64,000 nt of DNA from Candidatus Poribacteria bacterium (GTDB taxonomy: Bacteria > Poribacteria > WGA-4E > WGA-3G), in contig JAJDTM010000002.1 of assembly GCA_022827185.1 (NCBI GenBank), forward strand, positions 1,560 to 65,559, read 5' to 3'. The notes beneath the pieces are model-generated. The model was not told where the DNA came from, did no database searches, and saw only the letters and a program-made list of their open reading frames with translations. Shown here in pieces: positions 9,827-18,040 of the stretch; the stretch's first letter is position 1, and the number at the start of each line of letters is the position of its first letter. A program made the position numbers and the translations under genes.

Positions 9827-10663
9827 ATGAACAAAAAACGGATCCTTTTCATAAGTATGCTCGGCATTGTGCTGCTGTGTGTAGGACTCTTTTATTCGCA
9901 TACGCAACGCCAAGCGAACTACGCAAAGACTCGTGAACTTTTTGCACCTATTTATGAATACTCAGGGCGGCTCACACCAGAGGATCAAAAGCGTTTTACT
10001 GAATTTACCAGTGCGATTGCGGGCGTTGAACCTTCCATCGCGAAAAAATACGTCTTACCCAAGCGAGAGATGCTTCAGTTGGAAGCACACAGTATGACGT
10101 TATACCGGAACAATCCTGAACTGATGTTCGTAAATAGTGCACCTTTCCACGCCGATACCGATGTCGAGCCGTATAGACGACACTTCAGTATCTTGGCACT
10201 GATCGCTAAAACCAAACTGGCGGATTTGCCTACTGATAGCAGGAAGTCGATACTCTCGCACCTTGAAACGTTCCAAAAACGCCTAACGAAAAATAGCGTT
10301 GAGGTCTACATTCAAGAGGTCAGAGATACGCCTTTTCGTCCAAGACAAAAACTTCCGACAATGCGTTTCGGCGTTGCGTCTGCACCCGGAGAAATCGCAG
10401 ACGGGATATTGGAAGCGGATGGACTGGTATTTCCTGAAGGTGCTAAACGCGGTGTTATTCAAATCACCGATATTTATGAAAACGTGTACGAAGTTGATCT
10501 GGATGCGCCTACGGGTACAGAAACGACTGAGGATACAACCGAATTGTATGCAGAAATTGACCGGATTTTTGAGCATCTGACTGATGCCGAGTTTCAAAGA
10601 CTCTCAGTTCTCAGCAAAGCAGACCGTTCGGCGGAAATCGAGAAATTGTTCCCACCAGAATAG
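9827..10663 (+). CDS. Hypothetical membrane-anchored protein
   Basis: N-terminal transmembrane segment ILFISMLGIVLLCVGLFY. No recognisable domain. Followed by a hairpin terminator. Confidence 0.45.
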   Translation: MNKKRILFISMLGIVLLCVGLFYSHTQRQANYAKTRELFAPIYEYSGRLTPEDQKRFTEFTSAIAGVEPSIAKKYVLPKREMLQLEAHSMTLYRNNPELMFVNSAPFHADTDVEPYRRHFSILALIAKTKLADLPTDSRKSILSHLETFQKRLTKNSVEVYIQEVRDTPFRPRQKLPTMRFGVASAPGEIADGILEADGLVFPEGAKRGVIQITDIYENVYEVDLDAPTGTETTEDTTELYAEIDRIFEHLTDAEFQRLSVLSKADRSAEIEKLFPPE

Positions 10664-10716
10664 ACGTGTCCGGTCATAGTGATTTGTCACATCTAAACTG
10701 AGAGGCGGTTCGTAGT

Positions 10717-10748
10717 GGCGCAATTCATTGCGCCTTAATTTTTATCCC
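10717..10748 (+). terminator. Hairpin GGCGCAATTCATTGCGCC followed by a T-rich run; member of a small palindrome family
   Basis: Perfect 7-bp stem with 4-nt loop, then ttaatttttat. An inverted copy of the same palindrome lies at 36175-36191. Confidence 0.45.
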
Positions 10749-10749
10749 C

Positions 10750-10920
10750 AGGCCCGGTAGGTTCGGTTTTGCGGCGTACACGCCCAAATTTTGCCCACAC
10801 GCGCCCAAATTTTGCTTCGCAGTGAGAAAACTTTACATTTGCGACGTGCATTCCTAACCGAACTGGATCCTTCAAAAAAAGACGTGAAACCCAATAATTT
10901 CTTAAAATTGAATGGCTCTG
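10750..10920. repeat. Composite intergenic repeat, apparently a hairpin element split by an about 80-bp insertion plus a roughly 55-bp motif shared with 39110-39164
   Basis: aggcccggtaggttcggttt ... ttcctaaccgaac matches the intact hairpin at 41644-41681. ggatcc..aaaaaaagacgtgaaacccaataatttcttaaaattgaatggctctg matches 39110-39164. acgcccaaattttgc occurs twice directly. Confidence 0.55.
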
Positions 10921-10964
10921 CCGTCTCTTGCGTTGCAGGTTGGCTTGTGCTAAACTGATGTATT

Positions 10965-13040
10965 ATGCGACAGCGAAACTCGACAAAAAATAGGATTGAT
11001 GGTACTGCCCTCATCGACACAGATTCTTTGCTGAAACCATACACTGCCCAACTGCGCGAACGGTTTGCGCACTATCAACGTTTCAAGACAGCGATTGAGA
11101 AAACGGGTGGTGTGTTAGGTGAGATTAGCCAAGGTCACCGATATTTCGGTTTCAACCGTGGTGAACATGAAGGTGAGACCGGGGTCTGGTACCGCGAATG
11201 GGCACCGGGTGCGGAGAGGCTGGCGCTCATCGGTGATTTTAACGGCTGGTCGCGCGATGCGAATCCTATGTCTGTTGATGACTGGGGTGTATGGCACATC
11301 TTTTTGCCTGACAGTGAGTATGCTGATAGGTTCACACACGGCAGTCTCGTCAAGGTGCATGTTGTCAGTAGGGACGAGGTGACCTCGCCCCTACGTGGGC
11401 TTGATCGGATTCCGGCGTATATCCAACGCGTCGTTCAGGAAGGCGATGCGGATTTCACAGGTCAGTATTGGGCACCACAACATCCGTATCAGTGGCAGCA
11501 TGAGGCACCCGATTTTGACATCAGCACCGAGGGATTGCGGATTTACGAGGCGCACGTCGGCATGGCACAAGAAGCAGAGAGAGTCGGGACGTTCGCTGAG
11601 TTTACGCAGAACATCTTACCCCGGATTGCAGATTTAGGCTATAACGCTGTGCAACTGATGGCGGTGATGGAGCATCCGTATTATGCAAGTTTCGGGTATC
11701 ATGTCAGCAATTTCTTCGCAGTCTCAAGTCGTTTCGGGACACCGGAGGCACTCAAAGAACTCATTGATACGGCGCACAGTATGGGGTTGCTGGTTATCAT
11801 GGATCTGGTACATAGCCATGCTGTCAAGAATCTCAATGAGGGGTTGAGCCGTTTTGATGGCACGGGGCATCAGTATTTTCACGCTGGCGCGAAAGGTGAA
11901 CACGTCGCATGGGATTCGCTATGCTTCGATTATAGCAAGGACGAGGTGCAACGCTTTCTGCTAAGCAATATCCGTTATTGGTTGGAGACGTATCGGTTTG
12001 ATGGGTTCAGGTTTGATGGTGTCACGAGTATGCTCTATAGCGACCACGGGTTAGAACGGGAATTTACCGGCTATGCGGATTATTTCGATGCTGGCGTTGA
12101 GTTGGACGCTATCGCTTACCTGATGTTGGCAAATGAGGTCGTCCACGCTGTTAATCCGGACGCAATTTCGATTGCTGAGGATATGAGCGGTATGCCGGGT
12201 CTCGCGCGTCCTATTGAGGAAGGTGGACTCGGTTTCGATTATCGGCTTGCGATGGGTATCCCGGATTACTGGATTCGGTTGTTAAAAGAGAAAGCGGACG
12301 AAGCGTGGCACATCGGCGAGATTTATGGCATGCTATGCAACCGACGTACAGGCGAAAAACACATCGCTTACGTCGAGAGCCACGACCAGTCGATTGTCGG
12401 TGATAAGACGCTTGCGATGCAGCTCATGGACGCTGAGCTTTACACGAACATGCGTATCTCCACGACGAGTCATCTCATCTCTCGCGGCGTTGCACTCCAC
12501 AAACTCATCCGACTTCTGACATTTAGTTTGGGGGGTGAGGGTTACCTCAACTTTATGGGGAATGAGTTTGGACACCCTGAATGGATTGATTTCCCACGTG
12601 CAGGGAACGATAACTCCTACTGGTACGCGCGCAGGCAGTGGCACCTTGTTGACGACAATACGCTCCGTTATAAGCATCTCAACGCTTTTGATCGGGCGAT
12701 GCAGCACCTTGATGCAACCTACCATCTGCTTGCTGATGCGGACATCCAATTATTATTTATACACGAGGCCGCGAAACAGATTGTCTATGCGCGGGGTGGA
12801 CTCGTCTTTGCCTTCAACTTTCATCCGAGTGCATCTGTTACAGATTGGCGGATCCCAGTGCCTGAGAGAGCGGATTACCGTCTTATCCTCAACACCGATG
12901 ATACCGTTTATGGTGGTCACGGTGCCGTAGAGGGTGTCCATTATCCGTGGCAAGATGTTGCTATGGAAGGGCAAGCACAGTCGATTCAACTTTACGTCCC
13001 TGCCCGAAGCGCACAAGTGTTAGTATCTGGTCATAAATAG
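10965..13040 (+). CDS. glgB: 1,4-alpha-glucan branching enzyme (GH13)
   Basis: GVWYREWAPGAERLALIGDFNGWS, GH13 catalytic regions (DGFRFDGVTSMLY, EDMSGMP, YVESHDQ). Length matches short-form GlgB. The true start may be a few codons downstream. Confidence 0.85.
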   Translation: MRQRNSTKNRIDGTALIDTDSLLKPYTAQLRERFAHYQRFKTAIEKTGGVLGEISQGHRYFGFNRGEHEGETGVWYREWAPGAERLALIGDFNGWSRDANPMSVDDWGVWHIFLPDSEYADRFTHGSLVKVHVVSRDEVTSPLRGLDRIPAYIQRVVQEGDADFTGQYWAPQHPYQWQHEAPDFDISTEGLRIYEAHVGMAQEAERVGTFAEFTQNILPRIADLGYNAVQLMAVMEHPYYASFGYHVSNFFAVSSRFGTPEALKELIDTAHSMGLLVIMDLVHSHAVKNLNEGLSRFDGTGHQYFHAGAKGEHVAWDSLCFDYSKDEVQRFLLSNIRYWLETYRFDGFRFDGVTSMLYSDHGLEREFTGYADYFDAGVELDAIAYLMLANEVVHAVNPDAISIAEDMSGMPGLARPIEEGGLGFDYRLAMGIPDYWIRLLKEKADEAWHIGEIYGMLCNRRTGEKHIAYVESHDQSIVGDKTLAMQLMDAELYTNMRISTTSHLISRGVALHKLIRLLTFSLGGEGYLNFMGNEFGHPEWIDFPRAGNDNSYWYARRQWHLVDDNTLRYKHLNAFDRAMQHLDATYHLLADADIQLLFIHEAAKQIVYARGGLVFAFNFHPSASVTDWRIPVPERADYRLILNTDDTVYGGHGAVEGVHYPWQDVAMEGQAQSIQLYVPARSAQVLVSGHK

Positions 13041-13095
13041 TATTAGTTTTGACAATTAGATCTTTATGTGATATAATAACTGTAAGTTATAGACA

Positions 13096-13572
13096 ATGCA
13101 AAAACGCATCTACATTGAAACAACAATTCCAAGTTCTTACTATACGTTGCGAACCGATGAAGAATCGCTTATTAGACAGAAATTGACTCGGCAATGGTGG
13201 GACGAATACGCGGATATATTTACCCTAACTTCAAGTAGTGCGGTTGAAACTGAGCTTAGACAAGGAATGGGTAAAACAACACAGGATAGACTGGCATTGC
13301 TTGAAGGTGTTGAGATATTCATTTCTTCCATTGAAATCTTGCAAATTGCACAAATATATATTGATAGTTTGATAATGCCGAAAGAACCACAAGGAGACGC
13401 GCTTCATCTGGCATTTGCCTCATTTCACAAAGTTGACGCGATGCTCACATGGAATTGTACACATCTTGCTAATCCGAACAAATTTGATTTCATCACACGT
13501 ATTAACCGAGAATTGGGATTAACAACTCCAGAATTAAAAACACCATATGACTACTTTGGAGGTGCCGCATAA
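13096..13572 (+). CDS. PIN-domain-like protein (possible degenerate toxin-like nuclease)
   Basis: N-terminal IYIETT, central DALHLAFA and C-terminal LTWNCTHL resemble PIN motifs but with acidic residues substituted (E, N). Overlaps the next small ORF by 26 nt. Confidence 0.3.
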   Translation: MQKRIYIETTIPSSYYTLRTDEESLIRQKLTRQWWDEYADIFTLTSSSAVETELRQGMGKTTQDRLALLEGVEIFISSIEILQIAQIYIDSLIMPKEPQGDALHLAFASFHKVDAMLTWNCTHLANPNKFDFITRINRELGLTTPELKTPYDYFGGAA

Positions 13573-13810
13573 AATGGAAAGGAAAATTGATCTTCGCAGT
13601 ACAGAAATGAATGAAGTCGTTAAGGAAGTTCGCGAAATGCGGATGAAAATTTCAGAAGAATGCGGACATGATCTCAACAGATTGCTTGCTTACTATCAAG
13701 AAGTAGAAAAAGAAATGCGGAAGTCCGGTAAGTATAAGTTTGTCGATCCGGAACCACCTGCTGAGAAACCCGCGACCACAGAATCAACTCGTGGTGAAGC
13801 AGCAGATTAA
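13547..13810 (+). CDS. Small charged hypothetical protein overlapping the PIN-like gene
   Basis: 87-aa ORF, Lys/Glu-rich, overlaps upstream ORF. No domain recognised. Confidence 0.3.
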   Translation: MTTLEVPHKMERKIDLRSTEMNEVVKEVREMRMKISEECGHDLNRLLAYYQEVEKEMRKSGKYKFVDPEPPAEKPATTESTRGEAAD

Positions 13811-13928
13811 GATGTTGTATTACCTTTGCCCGAATACGGGTTTCCGTATGGACGGTGTTTTCCGCTTGGAAAAATAGGGACAGCCAACCGTGACCTCTGC
13901 CACTATGGTATGTTTATGTTGGATTGCT

Positions 13929-13962
13929 GGAGCCAGACACTCCAGCATTTTTGTTTTTACAG
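13929..13962. terminator. Bidirectional hairpin terminator between convergent genes
   Basis: gctggagccagacactccagc has a 7-bp stem, followed by atttttgtttttac. It lies between the 13547..13810 (+) gene and the phyH (-) gene ending at 13995. Confidence 0.5.
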
Positions 13963-13994
13963 TTGGATCATAAAAATCCTACATACGCTTATGA

Positions 13995-14834
13995 CTATGT
14001 AGTATTATTCTCCAACGAATATTCTCGATTGCCACCAGGACCACCACCGATTGCCCATGTGCCACGGAATAGCGATTGCCGCTTCGGAGGCATCGTTTCT
14101 ATGATTTCATGGCTCAGGTTCAATCGGTGCCACTGTGCCCAGATGGAGTTGTAGCAGTTAAAGACCGCACATCGTGGGTTGTCTGGGTTCGTCCAGTCAT
14201 TTGCGGCGTGGACGAGGCTTTCAGTGAAGATAACGACAGAACCCGGTGGGCAGCTATAGTCGTCCATCACCTCACGCATACTTTCCTCCCACGGCGATTC
14301 GCTGATATTCGGACGATACTTGTCGGGACCGCCGTAGTTGAAGTGTGCCTTATGTGAGCCACTGAGGAAAGAGGTAGCACCTTGTCCTGACTTCACCTCT
14401 TCAAGCTCCCACACAACACGCGTCAACCCCGCAAAAATCTTTTCACCAGCGACCTGGTACCGCATCGCGTTCGCTTGTTGCGGTGGACGTACAACGTGCG
14501 GCAGACCGTTATCACCACGTTCCGACACACCCCAACCCGGGGGTCTCACAGTCGTAAATGACCCTTCGCATCGAAATCCATAGCAATCCTCATGTACAAA
14601 CGGATCTTCGGACAGAATTTCATTTAGGACACCTACAATTGCAGGATGGTCAAGCAAGGTTTGCAGTGCACCCTGATAACTCTGTCTTGCACCGTCATAG
14701 ACTTCCGCTTTCATCTCTTCGATTTCTGGTTCCGACAGGACGGATGGCAACAGGATCCAGCCACGAAGATCAAAGAAAAACTTCTGTTCTGGTGTCATTG
14801 CTATTGGTGTATCCGTTGTGGTTTGGTTTGACAT
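13995..14834 (-). CDS. Phytanoyl-CoA dioxygenase (PhyH) family Fe(II)/2-oxoglutarate oxygenase
   Basis: N-terminal LTPEQKFFFDLRGWILLPSVLSEPEI typical of the PhyH family. Size 279 aa. Confidence 0.7.
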   Translation of the reverse strand: MSNQTTTDTPIAMTPEQKFFFDLRGWILLPSVLSEPEIEEMKAEVYDGARQSYQGALQTLLDHPAIVGVLNEILSEDPFVHEDCYGFRCEGSFTTVRPPGWGVSERGDNGLPHVVRPPQQANAMRYQVAGEKIFAGLTRVVWELEEVKSGQGATSFLSGSHKAHFNYGGPDKYRPNISESPWEESMREVMDDYSCPPGSVVIFTESLVHAANDWTNPDNPRCAVFNCYNSIWAQWHRLNLSHEIIETMPPKRQSLFRGTWAIGGGPGGNREYSLENNTT

Positions 14835-14843
14835 TGATTTTCT

Positions 14844-14908
14844 CCTTAATGGTAGTAGGCACGCTCCGTCGTGCCGTTCACTAAAGGGGTTTACGGCACG
14901 CGGAGCGT
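14844..14908. repeat. REP doublet in inverted orientation (BIME-like) immediately 3' of the RAYT gene
   Basis: gtagtaggcacgctccgtcgtgccgt at 14844-14869 and acggcacgcggagcgtgcctactac at 14884-14908, separated by a 14-nt spacer. Each forms a GGCACG/CGTGCC hairpin. Confidence 0.75.
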
Positions 14909-14918
14909 GCCTACTACT

Positions 14919-15563
14919 TTAGATCTGATACAAAAAATACTCACCCTTCTGAAGGTGGATTGGATTTTTCTGGATGTATTGCTGGATCGCACAGAACTGC
15001 TCAGGTGAGCGTACGAGGTGATCGAAGCTCTCTTCCTGCCAAAACCGTCCGGTTTTGCCAAGCACTTTGTTGATTTTACCGGCACTGAACCTTTTCCATG
15101 AACGGCATTGTTTCAGGAGTTCTGTGGCACCTAACAAACAGACTAACAAATGAACGTGATTAGGCATAACCACGAAGTCGCCTATGTGATAACGATCACC
15201 ATTAAAGTATAATAAACTGTCCGCTACGATCTTTGATAGTTCGGGGTTTCGTAGGACGCATGCCCCGAGACCTTTATCAAGGTTTTCCATATACTGCTGT
15301 GAGAAGGTTTCATGAAATTGTTTACGGAATTTTTCTGGAAGTGTCGCCAGTTTATCTTTCCAACCCGATATTGAGGTCGTAATTCCGTGTCGTGCAAGCC
15401 ATGCTGATCGTTCGGCGTACCATCGTCGAGCTACGTGCGTAGGGAGTGAGTCTTCAGTGCGAAACGTGATAAAGTAGGTTGCTGGCAGTTGAAACCAATG
15501 TGGCAGATTTGAACCGGCTATTATAATTTGGAAATCGCTGTTCGGATCAAAGAGGTTGAACAT
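14919..15563 (-). CDS. REP-associated tyrosine transposase (RAYT; IS200/IS605 Y1 HUH transposase family)
   Basis: HUH motif region VVMPNHVHLLV, conserved FWQEESFDH and overall Y1_Tnp layout. Flanked on both sides by REP hairpins. Confidence 0.8.
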   Translation of the reverse strand: MFNLFDPNSDFQIIIAGSNLPHWFQLPATYFITFRTEDSLPTHVARRWYAERSAWLARHGITTSISGWKDKLATLPEKFRKQFHETFSQQYMENLDKGLGACVLRNPELSKIVADSLLYFNGDRYHIGDFVVMPNHVHLLVCLLGATELLKQCRSWKRFSAGKINKVLGKTGRFWQEESFDHLVRSPEQFCAIQQYIQKNPIHLQKGEYFLYQI

Positions 15564-15579
15564 AGTTGTTATGTGGTTT

Positions 15580-15604
15580 ACGGCATACGGAGTATGCCTA
15601 CTAC
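15580..15604. repeat. Degenerate REP copy upstream of the RAYT start
   Basis: acggcatacggagtatgcctactac uses a GGCATA/TATGCC stem variant with the same CTACTAC tail. Confidence 0.6.
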
Positions 15605-15606
15605 TT

Positions 15607-17499
15607 TTAAAGTGCCTGTTTCAATCCAGGCAAGAAATAATCCTTAACAACAACTTCCCAACTCATCCGGGAAGCGATGTCGTAGCCTTCTCGTAGCATA
15701 TCCTCCACATCACGGGGTTTACGCGGCAAACGTCCTAAAAGTTTCGCTGCGATGTCCCGACTATTTTCCATTTCAATCGCGTTCCGTTCCGCTAAGCCAA
15801 TATGCAGCACATCGTCCAACGATTTCGGTGGGATCTGCAGCTGCGTATAGTCAGCGACAACGATATTCGGGACTTCGCGGTTGTCGGTGGCACGTTGAAT
15901 GAAACCGCAACATCCGCACACGTTACTAACGACGCAGATTGCACCGAAACTCAACGGTTCCACCTGCGCGATTCCGAAAGGTTCATAGATAGACTGCCCA
16001 AATTCTGCATCGCTTCCCTTGCGGATGTCCATAAATTCCATCTCTATCGGCATCCGTTTTCCACAAGCGGCTTGACTCCATCCAAACTGATTCACAAAGA
16101 CGACTTTGATCGCCTTAGATTGGAGATTGAATGCGGAGACACCGTTGTTCAATTCGATTTCTGCACCGACGAGATCGGGATAACCGATTTTGTGGTGCAC
16201 GGGCCAACCGTATGCCTCCTCCATTTCGTGAATAGTTTCGTTGGATCTTCCTGTCGCAATTTCTGTGGAGAGGATAAACAGCACGGCGGTTTTATCGTTA
16301 GAGGCGAGGAGCGAATCGAGATGCATCAGCACCTGTAAATCGCGCCATAACCCTTTGCTTTTAACGAGCCGCGTTACGTGTGTGAAGACGTAATCGGGAC
16401 GGTAATCTAACAACGTTTTCGCATATTTTTGGAGCAGTGCTTTCGATGTGAGTTTCTCTTGTAGGCTCACCTCAAATGCAGGGATGCCGTTATAAACGAG
16501 GTTAATCGGAAAATCCTCAAACGACTTTGCTAAGAATCGGAGTTCATCTACGACGAGGTCTCCAACGGCGAAGATAGTATCACAGAGGTGTGCCTTGTCA
16601 ATCAGGGCGTGTTTGAAATACCAGAACGGGTCATCGAACACATCGCGGATCGATTGCCCTTGCGCTTTCGCCTGTTCTAAGGCGTTGTAAAAACGGACAT
16701 CATGACCGGGGTGTCCCTCAACGATAGGACGTATTGTCGCTACCTCGTGCGCGTAGAAGACAGTACGCATGTTCTGCGCCCCATCTACACCACCGTTGCT
16801 TTTCCGCTCAATGAGTGTTTTGAGGGCGAGCGGCATCCCCATGAATTCGTGCGAGATGATGAACACAGGGGTCGTTGTCTCTTCACCGATAATTGCTTGC
16901 AGTGCTGCATACGCGGGTTCCGCAAGACGGACATACTCCTCGAACTCCCACTCACTCTCGTAACGATTTGATTCTATTTGGAAGTGTTCGTAGAGTTGCC
17001 ATTTGAACTGTCCTGTCAGTGCTTCGTTGGTGTTTGAGACGTTCACCAAGATGACATCTGTGAGGGTTGTAATTTTCTTATTTTTATTTTCAAATTGGCG
17101 TTGTCCGTAAACGAGTTCCACATGATAGGTCTGTTCAATTTCGCTGAGAGCCTTTGCGTGGGGTGTATCCGTTATCCCCTCGCTGGCACGGTAGAGGATA
17201 GTATCCAAACTTCCCAAATCGGCACCTGGAAAGAGTGGACCCACAAGAAAGGTGCGCTCAATCGCTTCATTGTAGTTGCGGGTTGTCAGTAACCCTTCCA
17301 AGACTGCACCGATGCCCCCCATTTTTTGGATGGCTTCGTGTGTGACGTGAACAACAATACTCAAATTTTTTACCTCGCCTTGTATCTTTTGTATAGGCTT
17401 GCAAATAGGGTTATCAATGGATGAGATGAATATAAAGACGGTTTTGTAACAGTATATCTGTTGCGAAGAATTATAACACAATGTCGAAATAGATGTCAA
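15607..17499 (-). CDS. Glycogen (alpha-glucan) synthase-like glycosyltransferase, eukaryote-type (GT3-like) architecture
   Basis: HEAIQKMGGIGAVLEG resembles the GT3 glycogen-synthase N-terminal motif (vGGIytVl). A retaining GT-B layout is possible. Sits among glgB/glgP/glgC. The true start is probably downstream of the annotated ATG. Confidence 0.5.
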   Translation of the reverse strand: MTSISTLCYNSSQQIYCYKTVFIFISSIDNPICKPIQKIQGEVKNLSIVVHVTHEAIQKMGGIGAVLEGLLTTRNYNEAIERTFLVGPLFPGADLGSLDTILYRASEGITDTPHAKALSEIEQTYHVELVYGQRQFENKNKKITTLTDVILVNVSNTNEALTGQFKWQLYEHFQIESNRYESEWEFEEYVRLAEPAYAALQAIIGEETTTPVFIISHEFMGMPLALKTLIERKSNGGVDGAQNMRTVFYAHEVATIRPIVEGHPGHDVRFYNALEQAKAQGQSIRDVFDDPFWYFKHALIDKAHLCDTIFAVGDLVVDELRFLAKSFEDFPINLVYNGIPAFEVSLQEKLTSKALLQKYAKTLLDYRPDYVFTHVTRLVKSKGLWRDLQVLMHLDSLLASNDKTAVLFILSTEIATGRSNETIHEMEEAYGWPVHHKIGYPDLVGAEIELNNGVSAFNLQSKAIKVVFVNQFGWSQAACGKRMPIEMEFMDIRKGSDAEFGQSIYEPFGIAQVEPLSFGAICVVSNVCGCCGFIQRATDNREVPNIVVADYTQLQIPPKSLDDVLHIGLAERNAIEMENSRDIAAKLLGRLPRKPRDVEDMLREGYDIASRMSWEVVVKDYFLPGLKQAL

Positions 17500-17529
17500 A
17501 TCCGCGGACGCATCGTTCTGATAGTCAAC

Positions 17530-17558
17530 TTGACAACCTAATCTAAAGTCACTATAAT
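17530..17558 (+). promoter_or_regulatory. Consensus sigma70-type promoter (TTGACA-17-TATAAT)
   Basis: Exact TTGACA at 17530-17535 and TATAAT at 17553-17558 with a 17-nt spacer, about 230 nt upstream of the 17789 ORF. The leader contains a ctgcaggcggggtttaaaaccctgcag near-palindrome. Confidence 0.5.
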
Positions 17559-17788
17559 ATATACGGAACAGGACTTACGTATTTTCTATGATAACGGGCA
17601 TCCTACGTACTGCAGGCGGGGTTTAAAACCCTGCAGAAATACCCAAGCAAAAACCCTGCAAAGAGGGCTGCGTAAGTTCTATGGAAGGCTTGTGCGATAT
17701 TTTTCGCTTTTTCGGCGTAAATTGCACAAGGCATCGGTTAAAATGTATTCAATAAATCCCTCAATTTTTATATGTTTTTGGAGGTAAA

Positions 17789-18013
17789 ATGTTAGAAAAT
17801 ATTGGCAGTGTCGCGGGTGACGTGTGGCACTATCTTGAGGAGAACAGCGAAGCCACTGTTACAAAGTTGACACGCGAACTCGGCGAGAGCGAACGTACGA
17901 TTCTGATGGCGATCGGTTGGCTCGCTCGCGAAGGGAAATTAGATTTTGAGAAACGGAAACAGGGCACCTACATCACACTAAAAACACAACAATCAGACGC
18001 AGCAGCGGCATAG
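17789..18013 (+). CDS. Small winged-helix-like DNA-binding protein
   Basis: 74 aa. The pattern TVTKLTRELGESERTILMAIGWLAREGKL resembles a wHTH recognition helix-wing. Confidence 0.4.
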   Translation: MLENIGSVAGDVWHYLEENSEATVTKLTRELGESERTILMAIGWLAREGKLDFEKRKQGTYITLKTQQSDAAAA

Positions 18014-18040
18014 ATTTCGGAAGGAGAACAGATTAAAAAA

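Noticed and set aside
17500-17788. Looked for tRNA or small RNA genes in this and the other long gaps (9387-9826, 26634-27006, 33025-33469, 42591-43064, 57756-58316).
   Set aside because: No cloverleaf-compatible sequence (no GTTC..A T-loop with matching acceptor stems) was seen by eye. Only promoter-like boxes and hairpins. A proper tRNAscan or Infernal run is needed to be sure.
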